Shown here piece after piece: positions 22,001 through 32,780 of a DNA stretch of 34,739 nucleotides (its first letter is position 1; every line of letters starts with the position of its first letter). Where the stretch lies: the NCBI RefSeq assembly GCF_018977255.1, contig NW_024705555.1, forward strand, positions 1 to 34,739, written 5' to 3'. Source of the DNA: Callorhinchus milii (lineage: Eukaryota). The notes below the pieces were generated by a model. That model ran no database searches, was not told where the DNA came from, and saw nothing but the letters and a program-made list of their open reading frames with translations. The translations under genes were made by a program, and so were the position numbers.

Positions 22001-22404
22001 CTTGCAAGCTTGGTAGCGATAGAGTCCCTGATCATGAAGCCGACACCTGAACGGCGTCTCTCTGTCGCTGGTTTACCTGACCAGTAGAGAGTGTAACCTG
22101 CGCCATGCTCCCTCAGACTGCCTTCCTCTGAAAAGCGGATTTCGCTGAGGGCGGCGATGTCAACATCCAGCAGAGCGAGTTCGTGTGCAATTAGAGCAGA
22201 TCGTCGCTCAGGTCGAGTGCTGTCAGCTGAGTCTAGCATGGTTCTGATGTTCCAGCATGCGAGTTTGAGTCCTTTCCCACCTTTTAAGGCGAGTGGGATG
22301 CGCCGTCGATTCTTTGATGTAATTCGACCGCATATGAAGATGCCCGTTGACCGCGGTAAGCCAACTGAGGGAGGAGGAGACGAGCTTTGTTTAGGCCACC
22401 TTTT
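19056..22404 (-). pseudogene. RTE endonuclease/reverse transcriptase ORF with two single-base frameshifts
   Basis: WNIRTML..ALSE..SVYAPT..LGDFNARVG..TDH; NYRGITLLS..QCGFR..FVDLTKAFD; KQGCVLAP..LLFADD..YLG..CSCCGRTCLSRIGLFSH. Frameshifts at ~20962 and ~20274, with no in-frame stops otherwise. Confidence 0.93.
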
Positions 22405-23021
22405 CTAGGCCCCTCTCCGTGTGGAGCAAGCAGTGCTGTCCCTAGAAAAGGCTGCTTGGTCGCTCAGGGTGCTGCCGGGTGATGATGTCGTTTCCAGGTC
22501 ATCATCAGACGACCACTTGCGCCTGAGCCGCCTGCATGCAGGATTGAGACTGCGGCTGCCAGTGTCATCTTACACCTGCCGAGTTCGCCCCTTTCCCATC
22601 GCTACAGGACTTAGTGAGACCGGGGGGGGGGGGGTAGACGTGAAGATTTCCTTCTTGCCTGCGCAAAGGAGCTTTCAAGTGGAGTGCAGTGTGCGCAGAA
22701 CTGACCCCACCCTTTAAACCCGGGGTTCGTCTGCCATGGCCTAGCAAGCTGGGACGGTGACAGCGAGGTCCTCGGGCCGTAGGTTTTACATCAGAGTTTC
22801 CTTCTCCTAGGTAGACGGCCTTCCAAGGCTGAAGAGATCCACCTTCCCTGCTATTTCAAACCATAGCTGGTAGGCCACAGCCGCAGTCCACAGTAACGAA
22901 GTGGCGCGCCTTGGTCCCGAACACTTGGCCGTTGGGTCCTAACGAGACCCTTCCGCCCTGGCCGGTGACTCCGTCGTGGGAGTTCATTCGCCCAGTGATG
23001 CAGTGTTGACATCACCCCCTC

Positions 23022-23188
23022 ACGTCGTTTAGCCCGCCAGCTGAAGCGGTTTACCGGGGTGTGGCACTAGGAGCCAGACGTCAGAGATTTAGGAGATGGA
23101 TGAGGACCAGTGTTTCCGTCCACTCAAAAATTGAGTGCAGCTACCAGAAAACAAAGGTACTACCTCTACCCAGAGCTCCCTACACCCC
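23022..23188 (-). ncRNA. HDV-like self-cleaving ribozyme at the RTE 5' end
   Basis: P1 GGGGUGU (23188-23182) / ACACCCC (23062-23056); P2 ACGUCU / A(C)GACGU; P3 GGC/GCC; L3 UCCUAGU; P1.1 CC/GG; P4 CCGC..GCGG; J4/2 GCUAA with the catalytic C at 23032. Confidence 0.85.
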
Positions 23189-23587
23189 CTATCCTGTACA
23201 CACACTGCAATATACACACATTAAACTCAACTATGTGATGGAAGTGTCAGTCACCCCCTTTTATTCCATCTCAAACACTCACACGGTCTATCTGGTGCTC
23301 ACCCTGGATAAAATACGGAGATCAAGCATGGCAAACCGCAACTACATTTGTCGAGTGTCAGTGGGAATCCCTAATCCTAAAGGGCATGGTGCATCACCCA
23401 CAATGCAAACAAAACAGTGCAAATATAACATGAGAGCAAGTGACGCCGGGAAAAGTTCGGGACTCCCATGTAGCAACCGCTGTTTACCACTAAGTGGCAG
23501 TGATGCCACTACGGCGCTTTTGCTATGCTCTGTGCACTTTAAGGCCACGTGAAGTATCGAGGGCCGCAGGCAGGTCGGGGAACCGGC

Positions 23588-26500
23588 TCAGGTGCCATGG
23601 GTTGGTGGCAGTTTCCTTCCTGAGTGGAGAACTGTCCACTCCTCATGGTGACTGGAGCCAGAACCAGTCCACCAAACCTTTTCTGCGTAATTTGCACATA
23701 CAAGAAGTCGTTTGGCTGATGGGTTGTATAAAATTTTTTGCATTATTTTATGTGGAGAGCCATATGTGTGAAGGAAAAGGGAAATAATGAAATCATAAAA
23801 ATCAAACATAACAAAATAATTATCACGACGTTTCGAACCAAGAAGATGAATCCCTGCAGTCACGAAAGCTTTAAATCGATATATAAAAATAGTAAAAAAA
23901 ATTGTCTGTCGGTTTGTGGCTTTGTGTGTTCGCGCGCTTGTGAAGGATTTGGCTCTCCAACGGTGGGGTTTCCATTAAATAAAAAAATAACCCGTAAAAA
24001 CAAAGTTTTTCACTATAATCCTTTATATGCGTGGCATCGGTTTTATTTTATTATTCATTTCTGTTTTTCCTGAGTAAGAGTTTCATTTTTATCACATTGG
24101 TATTTAAATTAAATATAAGGAAAGTCGTATATAAGGATTAAAAGGTTTTCAGTTTTTGTATGATTGTTTATATTGTACATTTTTGTTGTTTTCTTGAATA
24201 ATTTTCTGTGTTTAGGAAAAATATATGATTGTGTTAGTGAAAAAAAATTTCCTAAAAAGTGTAAAATTTTGGGAAAAAAAATTCACGTAAATAAATTGCC
24301 ACGCACAACGAGTCTGTGTGCAAAATGTCAGCTCGATTGGATCACGGGAAGTGGGTTAAAAAACGACCGAAAGATTTGCACGGTCGTAAGCGCGCAAGCA
24401 AGTGAACTTAATATAAAGGATTTAATAAGTATAACCAGTAAAAACAAAGTTTTTCACTATAAATCCTTTATATGCGTGGCGGCTAGAGTCCTCTCGTCCT
24501 CTGGCTTGAGATGGCTGCCACCTATGGGTCAGATGATTGCATTGCACCATTAAGCAATTGGTAATTAAATATAATATTTTTGTCCTAAAAAGTGTAAAAT
24601 TTTGGAAAAAATTTTCACGAACATTAATTGTCACGCACAACGAGTCTGTGTGGAAAATGTCAGCTCGATTGGATCACGGGAAGTGGGTTAAAAAACGACC
24701 GAAAGATTTGCACGGTCCTAAGCAAGCAAGCGAACTTAATATTAAGGATTTAAAAATAGCCAAGTACCACGCCGTAAGCCCCGCCGTGAGCAAGTGCTAT
24801 TTCTTTTTCATATCCGTCAACTTTTAATAAATTTAATTAGCGATTTAGTGCGATTTTTTTGCGCTATCTCTTTATTTATTTATGACGCGTGCACGACCAT
24901 ACCAACTGACGCACCTTTGGTGGGGGGACGGCCCATGCCAAGTCGCACGCCATCGGTGGGAGTGAGGGGGACATTTTCTTTCGCGTTAAAAATACTTTAA
25001 AAATACATTAAACGCTGAGCTTAAATCTTCACTGTGTGATGTCCCCCCCACCCCGATGCGTGCAGTTACTAATATATACAGTCGCTAGATGCTACCACTA
25101 TAGGCCGTAGATATTACTGCAGAGTGGCCGGGGAGATCGTGGCTGGGGAGGGGTGTCAGTGGTAGCAGCCCAGCCCCAGCCTGCCAAGGTGCCACCTCGG
25201 CTGGCTGGACAATCTAGGCGAGTCCAGAGGCTCTGCACTGGACTAGGCCTAACCACGCCACTCTGTCAGGTGAGTACTTTGTGCTATAGAATCGATAAAT
25301 CCTGCTATAGAGTCAGCATGTACTACTGTTGTGATAGCAGGTACCACCACAGTCGGTAGGCACTGTTGTAATCATAGCAGGTACCACCACAGTCAGTCCG
25401 CACTGCTGTTAGATTTTTAAGAGTAGTTTTGAAATATGTTTTTGGCCCGGGCAACGTCGGGTATATAAGCTAGTTTGTTATATTACTCAGGTACTCGGCG
25501 ACATTCTGCCTCACTTGGCCCGCCCGTGACCTTTCTCTCATGCTTTGTTGGCCTGCGGGGCTCTACATTACCCCACGCCTCCACATAACTCTGCGAACCA
25601 CGAAGTCCAACAGTCGCAGTCGAGGAGGAAGTCATACCCTGGCTCGCCAGGAGAAGGCAGTACAGCAACAATGTGAAGTTCACCTGCTCAGTCTGTTTGG
25701 GATAAAGTGTTGCCCTGTTGTACGCGTGTTTTTTCTCCATGTGCTCCGGTTTCTTCCCACATGTAAACACTCGTGAATTCGCCGATAACACTTTCATAAT
25801 CAGAGGCGTAGCTAGGAGGGGCAGGGGGGTACATATGTCCCTGGGCGCCAAGGTAAAGGGCGCCAAAATGAGGCTCACAACGTTACATTAGAACTTATTG
25901 CGGCGGGCGCGGCAGCCTGAAACTACTGCACAAATCTACACCTCAACCTAAAAGTTTATATATCCCGCCACACACAGCCTACATGTCATGTAATTACATT
26001 TTGGTACGCGCACCTATTAAGAACTTACATGGAAGAACGTCCCAAACAACAGACAGGCGCAGTCTTTCAGCCCTAGTCACTGGCCTGTTTTTTGGTGGCG
26101 GAAACTACGACATGATGATGAACTTGTTGACAGTAACGGGGAATATGAGATAGAATAATCTTCTGAGGTTTCAGGTTTCACGATGTTGGCTACTTAGAAT
26201 TTGATAAAACGACAAAGCTATCGAAAATATCACAGCCTCTTCGCAATGAAATGATTACTCTCGGATCCTTGCCTTTTCAGCACAGAGACAATCTATCATC
26301 AGTATCCAGAGAACGTTCAATTACACCAGCATGGTTTAAACGCTGACTAGCGAACGGAGAGGAAGTGAATCGTTCGTGGCTATTATATTCACCAATCAAT
26401 AACGCTGCTTACTGTTTCTGTTGTCTATTATTTACATCATCGAGTTCAAACTCACGAGCTTCGTTTGAGTTAACAAACGGTTTCAACAAGTGGAGAAAGC

Positions 26501-29500
26501 CAGAAAAACTAAATTCTCATGAAAACAATCCTAGCCACCGCATACAGCTTTTACTACATGGAAGTAAGCCAAACGAAGGATAACACTGGTCACACTTTTT
26601 CTGGCATAAGGTATTCCAACGGTTTTAATGTAATTTTGGGGTGCTGATTGCAAATCTGGCATCAGTTTTGTATATCACATCAGGTTTTTTGAGATATCAA
26701 ATATTGCATTTTCAATAAAAACTGCAGAAGAAAAATATTACATAAATGTGGATATCTACATAAAATTATATTATAAACACACTATCCTAAAAATACAGCA
26801 CCATATTTTAACACTAAAGCAGTCACTCACTCGCAACAACTTGCAATCATAAGTGACAGTTAATTTCTGGTAAAATCAATGAAAATGGGGTATGCCGATA
26901 GCATAAAAATGATGTGATAGAGCAAATCTGAGCTGCAAAAGTCCAGGCCAGAAAAAAATGTTTTTTTTGTTGACCAGTGTAATTGATGGTACTGGAATTA
27001 ACGCAGTGGTTCAAGCTTTATAGCAGTAAAATAATCTAAATAGTCTAAACACATGTTTTTAAATGTGGAGGGAAAACCCGGAGAACCTGGAGAAAAACTC
27101 CACGCGACCACAGGGAGAACATGCAAACTCCAAATATACAGGCATCAGGGTCAGGATCGAACCCTGACCTCCTGCATACCAGTCGAGGAGATAACATCAC
27201 ATGAACGTGGCGCCCCTTAAATAAATAAAATACGTTCAAATTGCATAATCAATTCCTAAACGCACTCAAGCACATTTTGAAATAACACTGGCCTTAAAAT
27301 GAAATATATAAAATCTACCTTCACATCTTCATGTCTGACAGCAAAGTATAAAGGGGAGAGGGGAATCATACACACAATGCAAATAGGGCAGTGGACCTCG
27401 GGTGGCATAGATGGTGTAGTTGGTGAGGTTGGTAGCACACCTAGGGCAGGTGTAGATGGTGTGGGGTGTGTAGCGAGTGGGGTTGGTCACACACCTGGAC
27501 AGGTGTAGATGGTGTGGGGTGTGTGGCGGCGTGGGGTTCGTGAGGTTGGTCACACACCTGGGACAGGTGTAGATCGTGTGGGGTACGTAGCATGTGGGGT
27601 TGGTCACACACCTGAGGCAGGTGAAGATGTGTGGGGTGTGTGGCGCGAGGGGTTGGTCACACACCTGAGGCAGGTGAAGATGGTGTGGGGTGTGTAGCAC
27701 GAGGGGTTGGTGACACACCTGAGGCAGGTGAAGATGGTGTGGGGTGTGTGGCGCGAGGGGTTGGTGAGGTTGGCAGAGTTGGAGGTGCTGGCGGCAGGGG
27801 GCGGCGGAGCAGTCGTGTTGAGTCGGTCATGGTTTTGGCCAACTGGAGTCAAACACAGACTCATGCATACATATGCAAACATGTGCATGCATAAATTAAC
27901 CCTATTTTAAAGGAAGATGCAGAAAAAACAGGGAATTACTCTATTTCGAAGAGACATATCAAGGCTGTTGTTACGAGGCAAACACAAGGATACAGGAGGA
28001 ACCACGGTAAAACACATGGGCAAATGGCCGAGTGGTTTAGTCTGAGTCAAGAGAATGACTCCCCCGAGGATTGGGGGTTCGTACAACACGCAACATCACC
28101 TGCAACGTGTGGGGGCTTCCGCACACACCACGACACGGCTCATGACAGTGCAAGGGCCTCGAAAAGGGGTCTGGAATAGGGCTAAGGAAGGAGTGGGGCC
28201 AGTGAAATCTCGCGTAAAGCTGCAGAGGCAGCGGAGGCAGGGGGTGTGTCGTGTGGTCGTACCTGTGCGTGGTTCTTGCACGGGTGAAACTGGTGTGAGA
28301 TTTCCCCTTGGTGTAAGAAAGCTATTGGTTGTGCCTTAAAACTATTTGCACCCCTACCGTCTGGTTCTTATTGCGTGAATTTACCGTGGTCTATAGTTGC
28401 ACCACCAATCACCCTTTGGTGCAGAGGCAGACACTGTACCGGGTGTGTCTAGAGTTATGCAGTGCCACACAATGCTCCCCTCTTCCAAATATATGTATCC
28501 CATTATATTTTTGGAAGTAATCTTTCCTTGAATACTTTATTTTTAAAATATTTTCCAAATTTACGTGTGAAAAGGTTGCTCAATTTGCTTTGAGTGTATA
28601 GTTATATTTTTACAAGGTTTTTCGTGGGTTAGATTCCATAAATATAAATGTGTCATTAAATCCGCCACCACCCAACGCAGTCAATTAGTATGGTTTGTCA
28701 TGGAAACAAAAACTTCCAATTCGTTAGTAGTTCACCACACCGGTGTGTTGGAGAGTAAACCCACAACATGTACAATTGGAGTTCGATATTTTGTCGGTAA
28801 TTACAATACATTTATATTGACGCGATCTAACCCAAAAAAAACCTCTATTATGGATAATATTGGTTGCGAAAGCCAAATTTTTTTCCATACCAATTGTTCG
28901 GTTTCACTTTTTCCGAACCAATAGAGCACTTGTGATCCATAACCATGACACAGGGTACAAAGTAGGATTATTCTTCCATGGGCCAGAGCAGAAATTGATG
29001 CCACCTAGGAGTACAAAATAATTTCTCAGGCTAATAATTCTACGTAACTATGCATTATTTGATAACCCACTCATTTAAATTAAACATCACATAATTACTG
29101 TTATCACATATATAAATTGTAACCACTAAAGTTACGTCACCTTAGGTGGTGCCGACAAGTGGTGGTGAGATGTTAACTCCCTCGCCTGGTGTGCAGGAGG
29201 TCGTGGGTTTGCATGTTCTTCCCGTGGTCGTGTGGATTTTTCTCCGGTTCTTCTGGTTTTACCCCCCCCCCAAATGTGATTAGAGTATTTAGCTGCTATA
29301 AATTTCCACATGAGCCACTTCATTGAACTATCATTTGTGGCCAGGTTGCTTCTGAAAAGAGCGGTGGGCCTTGCCTGGTAAATTTTTTAATTTTTTGTCT
29401 GGGCTCACGAACTAGCTACAGTATTGGTGAAAGCGTGGCATAATGGTGACACTTGTGACTTATAGCATCAACTGTCTGGGTTCGACTCCTAACTAGGGTG

Positions 29501-30487
29501 GCTTTCTGTGTGAAGTGTGTTCCCCCCCTGTTCTGCATGAGGGTTTCATCGTGGTTTGCCGGTTTCCTCCCACAGCTATAAAAAAACACATGCGATGTAA
29601 CCGATATCGGTCCAATAAAACATTGCTAAATAATTACCTGCAAATTACTCAATTGGAGTACGGTGCACACAGTAGCATCAACGTCGCCCCCTCCTCCAAC
29701 AACTTGCAGGACCCTCCTACCAAAGAGCCTTGAGAGTCGGTGAGGATTACCTGAGCAAACGTAAAAGTGTAACAAGAAAGTTTGGCGCTGAACGCAATTA
29801 TCTGTCTCAAACAGCGACTGCGGTTAAGGACATTATCAGCTCAGGGGGTGCGGCAATGGGTCAGGTGGGGCCCAATGGTGTGATTTGTCTCGCATGGTTG
29901 TTAAACGTTACTGCTCTAATTAAATTAAGACAAAACGTGGAACGTAAATGAAAGAATTTTGATACAAAAATAAATGTAAACCGCGTTTTCAAGAACGTTA
30001 CATTGTTGTTATAAACGTATGTCATGGTGGTGGTCAAAGGGGGCCCATAATAGAGGTTGTTGGGTTTGATTGCATAAATATAAACGTGTCGTAAACAAAA
30101 CGTGCCAATTCGTTACTAGTTCAGCACGCCGGTGTGTTGGAGAGTAAACCCACAACATTTACAATTTTGAGTACGAGTAAGGTTTATATACTGGTAGGAA
30201 CCTCCTGGTTACACCAGCCCACAGGGGATTGTGTCCGTCCGTCCGTCGTGAATCCAAAAATGGGAGGGGTGGGGCTGGGTGGAGAGGGGAGGGTGGGGAG
30301 GGGCTGGGTGGGGAGGGGCTGGGTGGGGCTGGGTGGGGGATGGGAGGAGTGGGGCTGGGTGGGGAGAGGCTGGTCACCCGTGGTGCCCTTATAAACTCAA
30401 ACATTTAACCTACTCACGCCGGATTGTGCCCACCTCACAGTCGGACATATTTGCGGAATACACCACGCCGCCGTTGACCCTGGCCAT
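23588..30487 (-). CDS. Candidate spliced host ORF of unknown function (exons 30487-30418, 29750-29638, 29004-28891, 25638-25515, 23682-23588; 171 aa)
   Basis: GT-AG boundaries, polypyrimidine tracts at several acceptors, and compatible phases 1/0/0/1 with no internal stop. The protein is not recognisable and the model was assembled by eye. Confidence 0.3.
23780..23875. mobile_element. PLE pseudo-LTR remnant (inverted half-hammerhead joined to a forward tail)
   Basis: ATCACGACGTTTCG (reverse complement of CGAAACGTCGTGAT) followed by TGAATCCCTGCAGTCACGAAAGCTT, homologous to 8892-8916 and 8997-9010. Confidence 0.65.
23876..25473 (+). mobile_element. Non-autonomous Helitron (long copy)
   Basis: A|TC start, 3' hairpin CCCGGGCAACGTCGGG and CTAG|T end. 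Homologous to 4069-4660, with two extra internal blocks. Confidence 0.87.
25801..27017 (+). mobile_element. 5' part of a hAT transposon (ZMYM1-like/TTF zinc-finger type)
   Basis: TIR CAGAGGCGTAGCTAGG. Decayed ORF WFKR.LANGEEVNRSWLLYSPINNAAYCFCCLLF..GFNKW..HE..H, continuing to TGINAVVQA at 27017. Confidence 0.85.
26584..26979. mobile_element. MITE with CACTGGTCA TIRs and a 3-bp TAA TSD
   Basis: CACTGGTCA...TGACCAGTG with TAA at 26581-26583 and 26980-26982. Removing it restores the transposase frame (KRRIIDGTGINAVVQA). Confidence 0.82.
27047..27215 (-). mobile_element. tRNA-derived V-SINE-like element
   Basis: B box GGTTCGATCC, then GGAGTTTGCATGTTCTCCCTGTGG...TTCTCCGGGTTTTCCCTCCACA (V-domain-like). 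Confidence 0.75.
27409..27776. repeat. ~54-bp tandem repeat, ~6-7 copies
   Basis: Unit GGGGTTGGTCACACACCTGAGGCAGGTGAAGATGGTGTGGGGTGTGTGGCGCGA; the left copies are more diverged. Confidence 0.9.
28616..28875. mobile_element. Inverted PLE pseudo-LTR remnant related to 11272-11465
   Basis: 28616-28775 is the reverse complement of ~11282-11430. 28808-28875 is forward and ends ATATTGGTTGCGAAAGCC, like ATATTGGTCACGAAAGCC at 11442. Confidence 0.65.
29147..29385 (+). mobile_element. V-SINE-like element
   Basis: TGCAGGAGGTCGTGGGTTTGCATGTTCTTCCCGTGGTCGTGTGGATTTTCTCCGGTTC, homologous to 27047-27215. Confidence 0.65.
29430..29595 (+). mobile_element. V-SINE-like element
   Basis: A box TGGCATAATGG, B box GGTTCGACTCC, then TTCTGTGTGAAG...CCGGTTTCCTCCCACA...AAAACACATGC. 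Confidence 0.7.
30045..30177 (-). mobile_element. PLE pseudo-LTR fragment
   Basis: Reverse complement of ~11272-11437 (GTACTC..TGTAAATGTTGTGG..CTCTCCAACACACC..ACTAGTAACGAATTGGCACGTT). Confidence 0.75.
30263..30372 (+). repeat. G-rich simple repeat (GGGCTGGGTGGGGAG-like)
   Basis: Dense G3-G5 runs with short loops. Confidence 0.85.
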
Positions 30488-30753
30488 TGACCGATCAACA
30501 CAACGTTCCTACCAGCTCCCTCCGCGGGAATGTGTTTTAAACAGAAATGAACATGGAAAGGAAAAAAACATTAGGAGTCAATTAATTGGGGGTCACAAGA
30601 CATCTGGACCAGCCTGTACATACCACTGCATCGGATTTCGCGGTGTCCGAAGTTTCGCTCCACGTGCCGGGAGCTCCCTGAGAAGGAAGTGCGAGGCCGT
30701 GGAACGCGGGCGCTGCTGCTGCTGCTGCGGAGTGGGGGTCGTGAAGAGTGGCC

Positions 30754-31443
30754 GTGTGTGCGTGGTGTGTGTGCGTGGTGTGAGTGCGTGGTGTGTGTTC
30801 GTGGTGTGTGTGCGTGGAGTGTGTGCGTGGTGTGTGTGCGTGGTGTGTGTGCGTGGTGTGAGTGCGTGGTGTGAGTGCGTGGTGTGTGTGCGTGGTGTGA
30901 GTGCGTGGTGTGTGTGCGTGGTGTGAGTGCGTATGTGTGTGCGTGTGTGAGTGCGTATGTGTGTGTGCGTGGTGTGTGTGCGTGGGGTGTGTGCGTGGTG
31001 TGAGTGCGTAGTGTGTGTGCGTGGTGTGAGTGCGTAGTGTGTGTGCGTGGTGTGTGTGCGTGGTGTGAGTGCGTGGTGTGAGTTCGTGGTGCGAGTGCGT
31101 GGTGCGTGTGCGAGTTGCGTGTGCGTGGTGTGAGTGCGTGGTGTGAGTGCGTGGTGTGTGTGCGAGTGTGCGTATGAGTGCGTGGTGTGAGTGCGTGGTG
31201 TGTGTGCGTGGTGTGAGTGCGTGGTGTGTGTGCGTGGTGTGAGTGCGAGGTGTGTGTGCGTGGTGTGAGTGCGTGGTGTGTGTGCGTGGTGTGTGTGCGT
31301 GGTGTGAGTGCGTGGTGTGTGTGCGTGGTGTGAGTGCGTGGTGTGTGTGCGTGGTGTGTGTGTGTGGTGTGTGCGGTGTGTGTGCGTGGTGTGTGTGCGT
31401 GGTGTGAGTGCGTGGTGTGAGTGCGAGGTGTGTGTGCGAGGTG
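30754..31443. repeat. 13-bp minisatellite GTGCGTGGTGTG(T/A), ~50 copies
   Basis: Read directly. It accounts for the His/Thr-rich and Cys/Val-rich ORFs here. Confidence 0.95.
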
Positions 31444-32780
31444 TAACACTTGGAGCGTTTGCTATACGGGGTGGGGGTCTTTTAGCGTGCAGGTGGGGCT
31501 GAAGAGTGTGCGCAGCGGTACGTGTGGTGTGGTGAGGGTTGTGTGGTCGGGGTAAATGTGTATCGTGTTTGTACACTGCTAGAGCGATGTATGCGGTGTG
31601 TCGTGTACTGGTGGGGTAGAATGTCGGCGATTGTAGACGTAGAGTGGCGTAGCGGCGTTACTCTACACTGGTGTTGTAGTGGACTGGTCCTATGGAGGTG
31701 TATCGTGTATGCCGTCAAGCGTTGTGTAATAGCGGCGTTCACTATCGTGTCGAGTATGTCTGTTGAACTTATTTCGCACCGTACGTAGCCATCCGCGCTA
31801 ATCTCAGGTGATGCTACAGCGTGGTAAGTGTAAGTGCATCGGTGTTACTGTGTACGCGTCCTTACAGCTTTGTATCGTGTGTACACCATCGCAGTGTACG
31901 GGACAGTGTCTTGGCCAATGTATGTAGTGGTGGGTGTCGTTATAGTTCGTATAAGTTAGTATAAGTTCGTATAAGTTGGTATACGCAGTCGGAAGGGTGG
32001 CAACAGCGTGTGGAGCCGGAGTGGAGTTGACGCGGCGCCTTGGAGACGGTGACGTCACGCAGCCGCTTTCCTCCCTCCATCCGCACTGCTCAGACAAAGA
32101 CCCCCCCCCACCACCGCCACCACCCCCACACATTGCTCTAACCACTGTGCACTCTTCGCTGCCACCCCAAGACCACTCTGGGCCTTTCTGCGACTGGCAA
32201 AGGGAGTGGTGGATACAGGGTTTTGTGCTTTCGTGCATAACTGGGGAGATTTTCCCCAAAATTATATGAAGACGGCCACCGTGCTGCCAAATGTGTCGGA
32301 ATGATGGCCAAAGTGGCTGCAGGAATCTGACGCACTGAAGTTTTTTTTACCATAAAATGTGTGTATCCTATGCTCCAACATCATAAACGGTCCCCATGAA
32401 CCGAAAAAATATTAACACCATGACCACTGATAGTTGCATATTCAGCTATACTCGCTGCTCAAATATCTTTTCTTGGTATTCATCAAAGTTTTATTCTGTA
32501 CATTCGAGTCCGATTTGTGTAAAATGTATTTGTGTGTTGCGACGCTGTGCCATTGGAAGGTTGGGATGCAGAAGGTGACGATGATGTCGTGGAGGATAGT
32601 GAGTAATTAGGTGCGCTGTGGCTAAAGGAGATGACGCTGCGTATAAATAATACATTTCAACTTGTAACGCGCACACAGTATTCACTCACTCTCATAGGGA
32701 CGGAATGATTCGGAGACACGGGAACAGCCGCGTGATGAGCGGGCACCACCAATTTCCCAAACTAGGTCTATAAATGAAAG

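Larger units (their letters stand above)
19013..23188 (-). mobile_element. Apparently full-length RTE-clade LINE
   Basis: APE endonuclease, RT and C-terminal C2H2-like finger. The 3' end is CGAAGCCAAGCC plus a (TGTA)n tail at 19013-19032; the 5' UTR begins with an HDV-like fold. No clear TSD was found. Confidence 0.93.

Noticed and set aside
27299..27910. Repetitive ORFs on both strands (e.g. CLRCVTNP repeats resembling zinc fingers)
   Set aside because: They arise from the 54-bp tandem repeat; several frames are open at once.
27966..28470. Possible additional solo LTR (TGTT... start, GC-rich body)
   Set aside because: No matching terminus and TSD pair could be found by eye.
30279..31576. 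Long His/Thr-rich and Cys/Val-rich ORFs (215-327 aa)
   Set aside because: They are translations of the stop-free 13-bp minisatellite.
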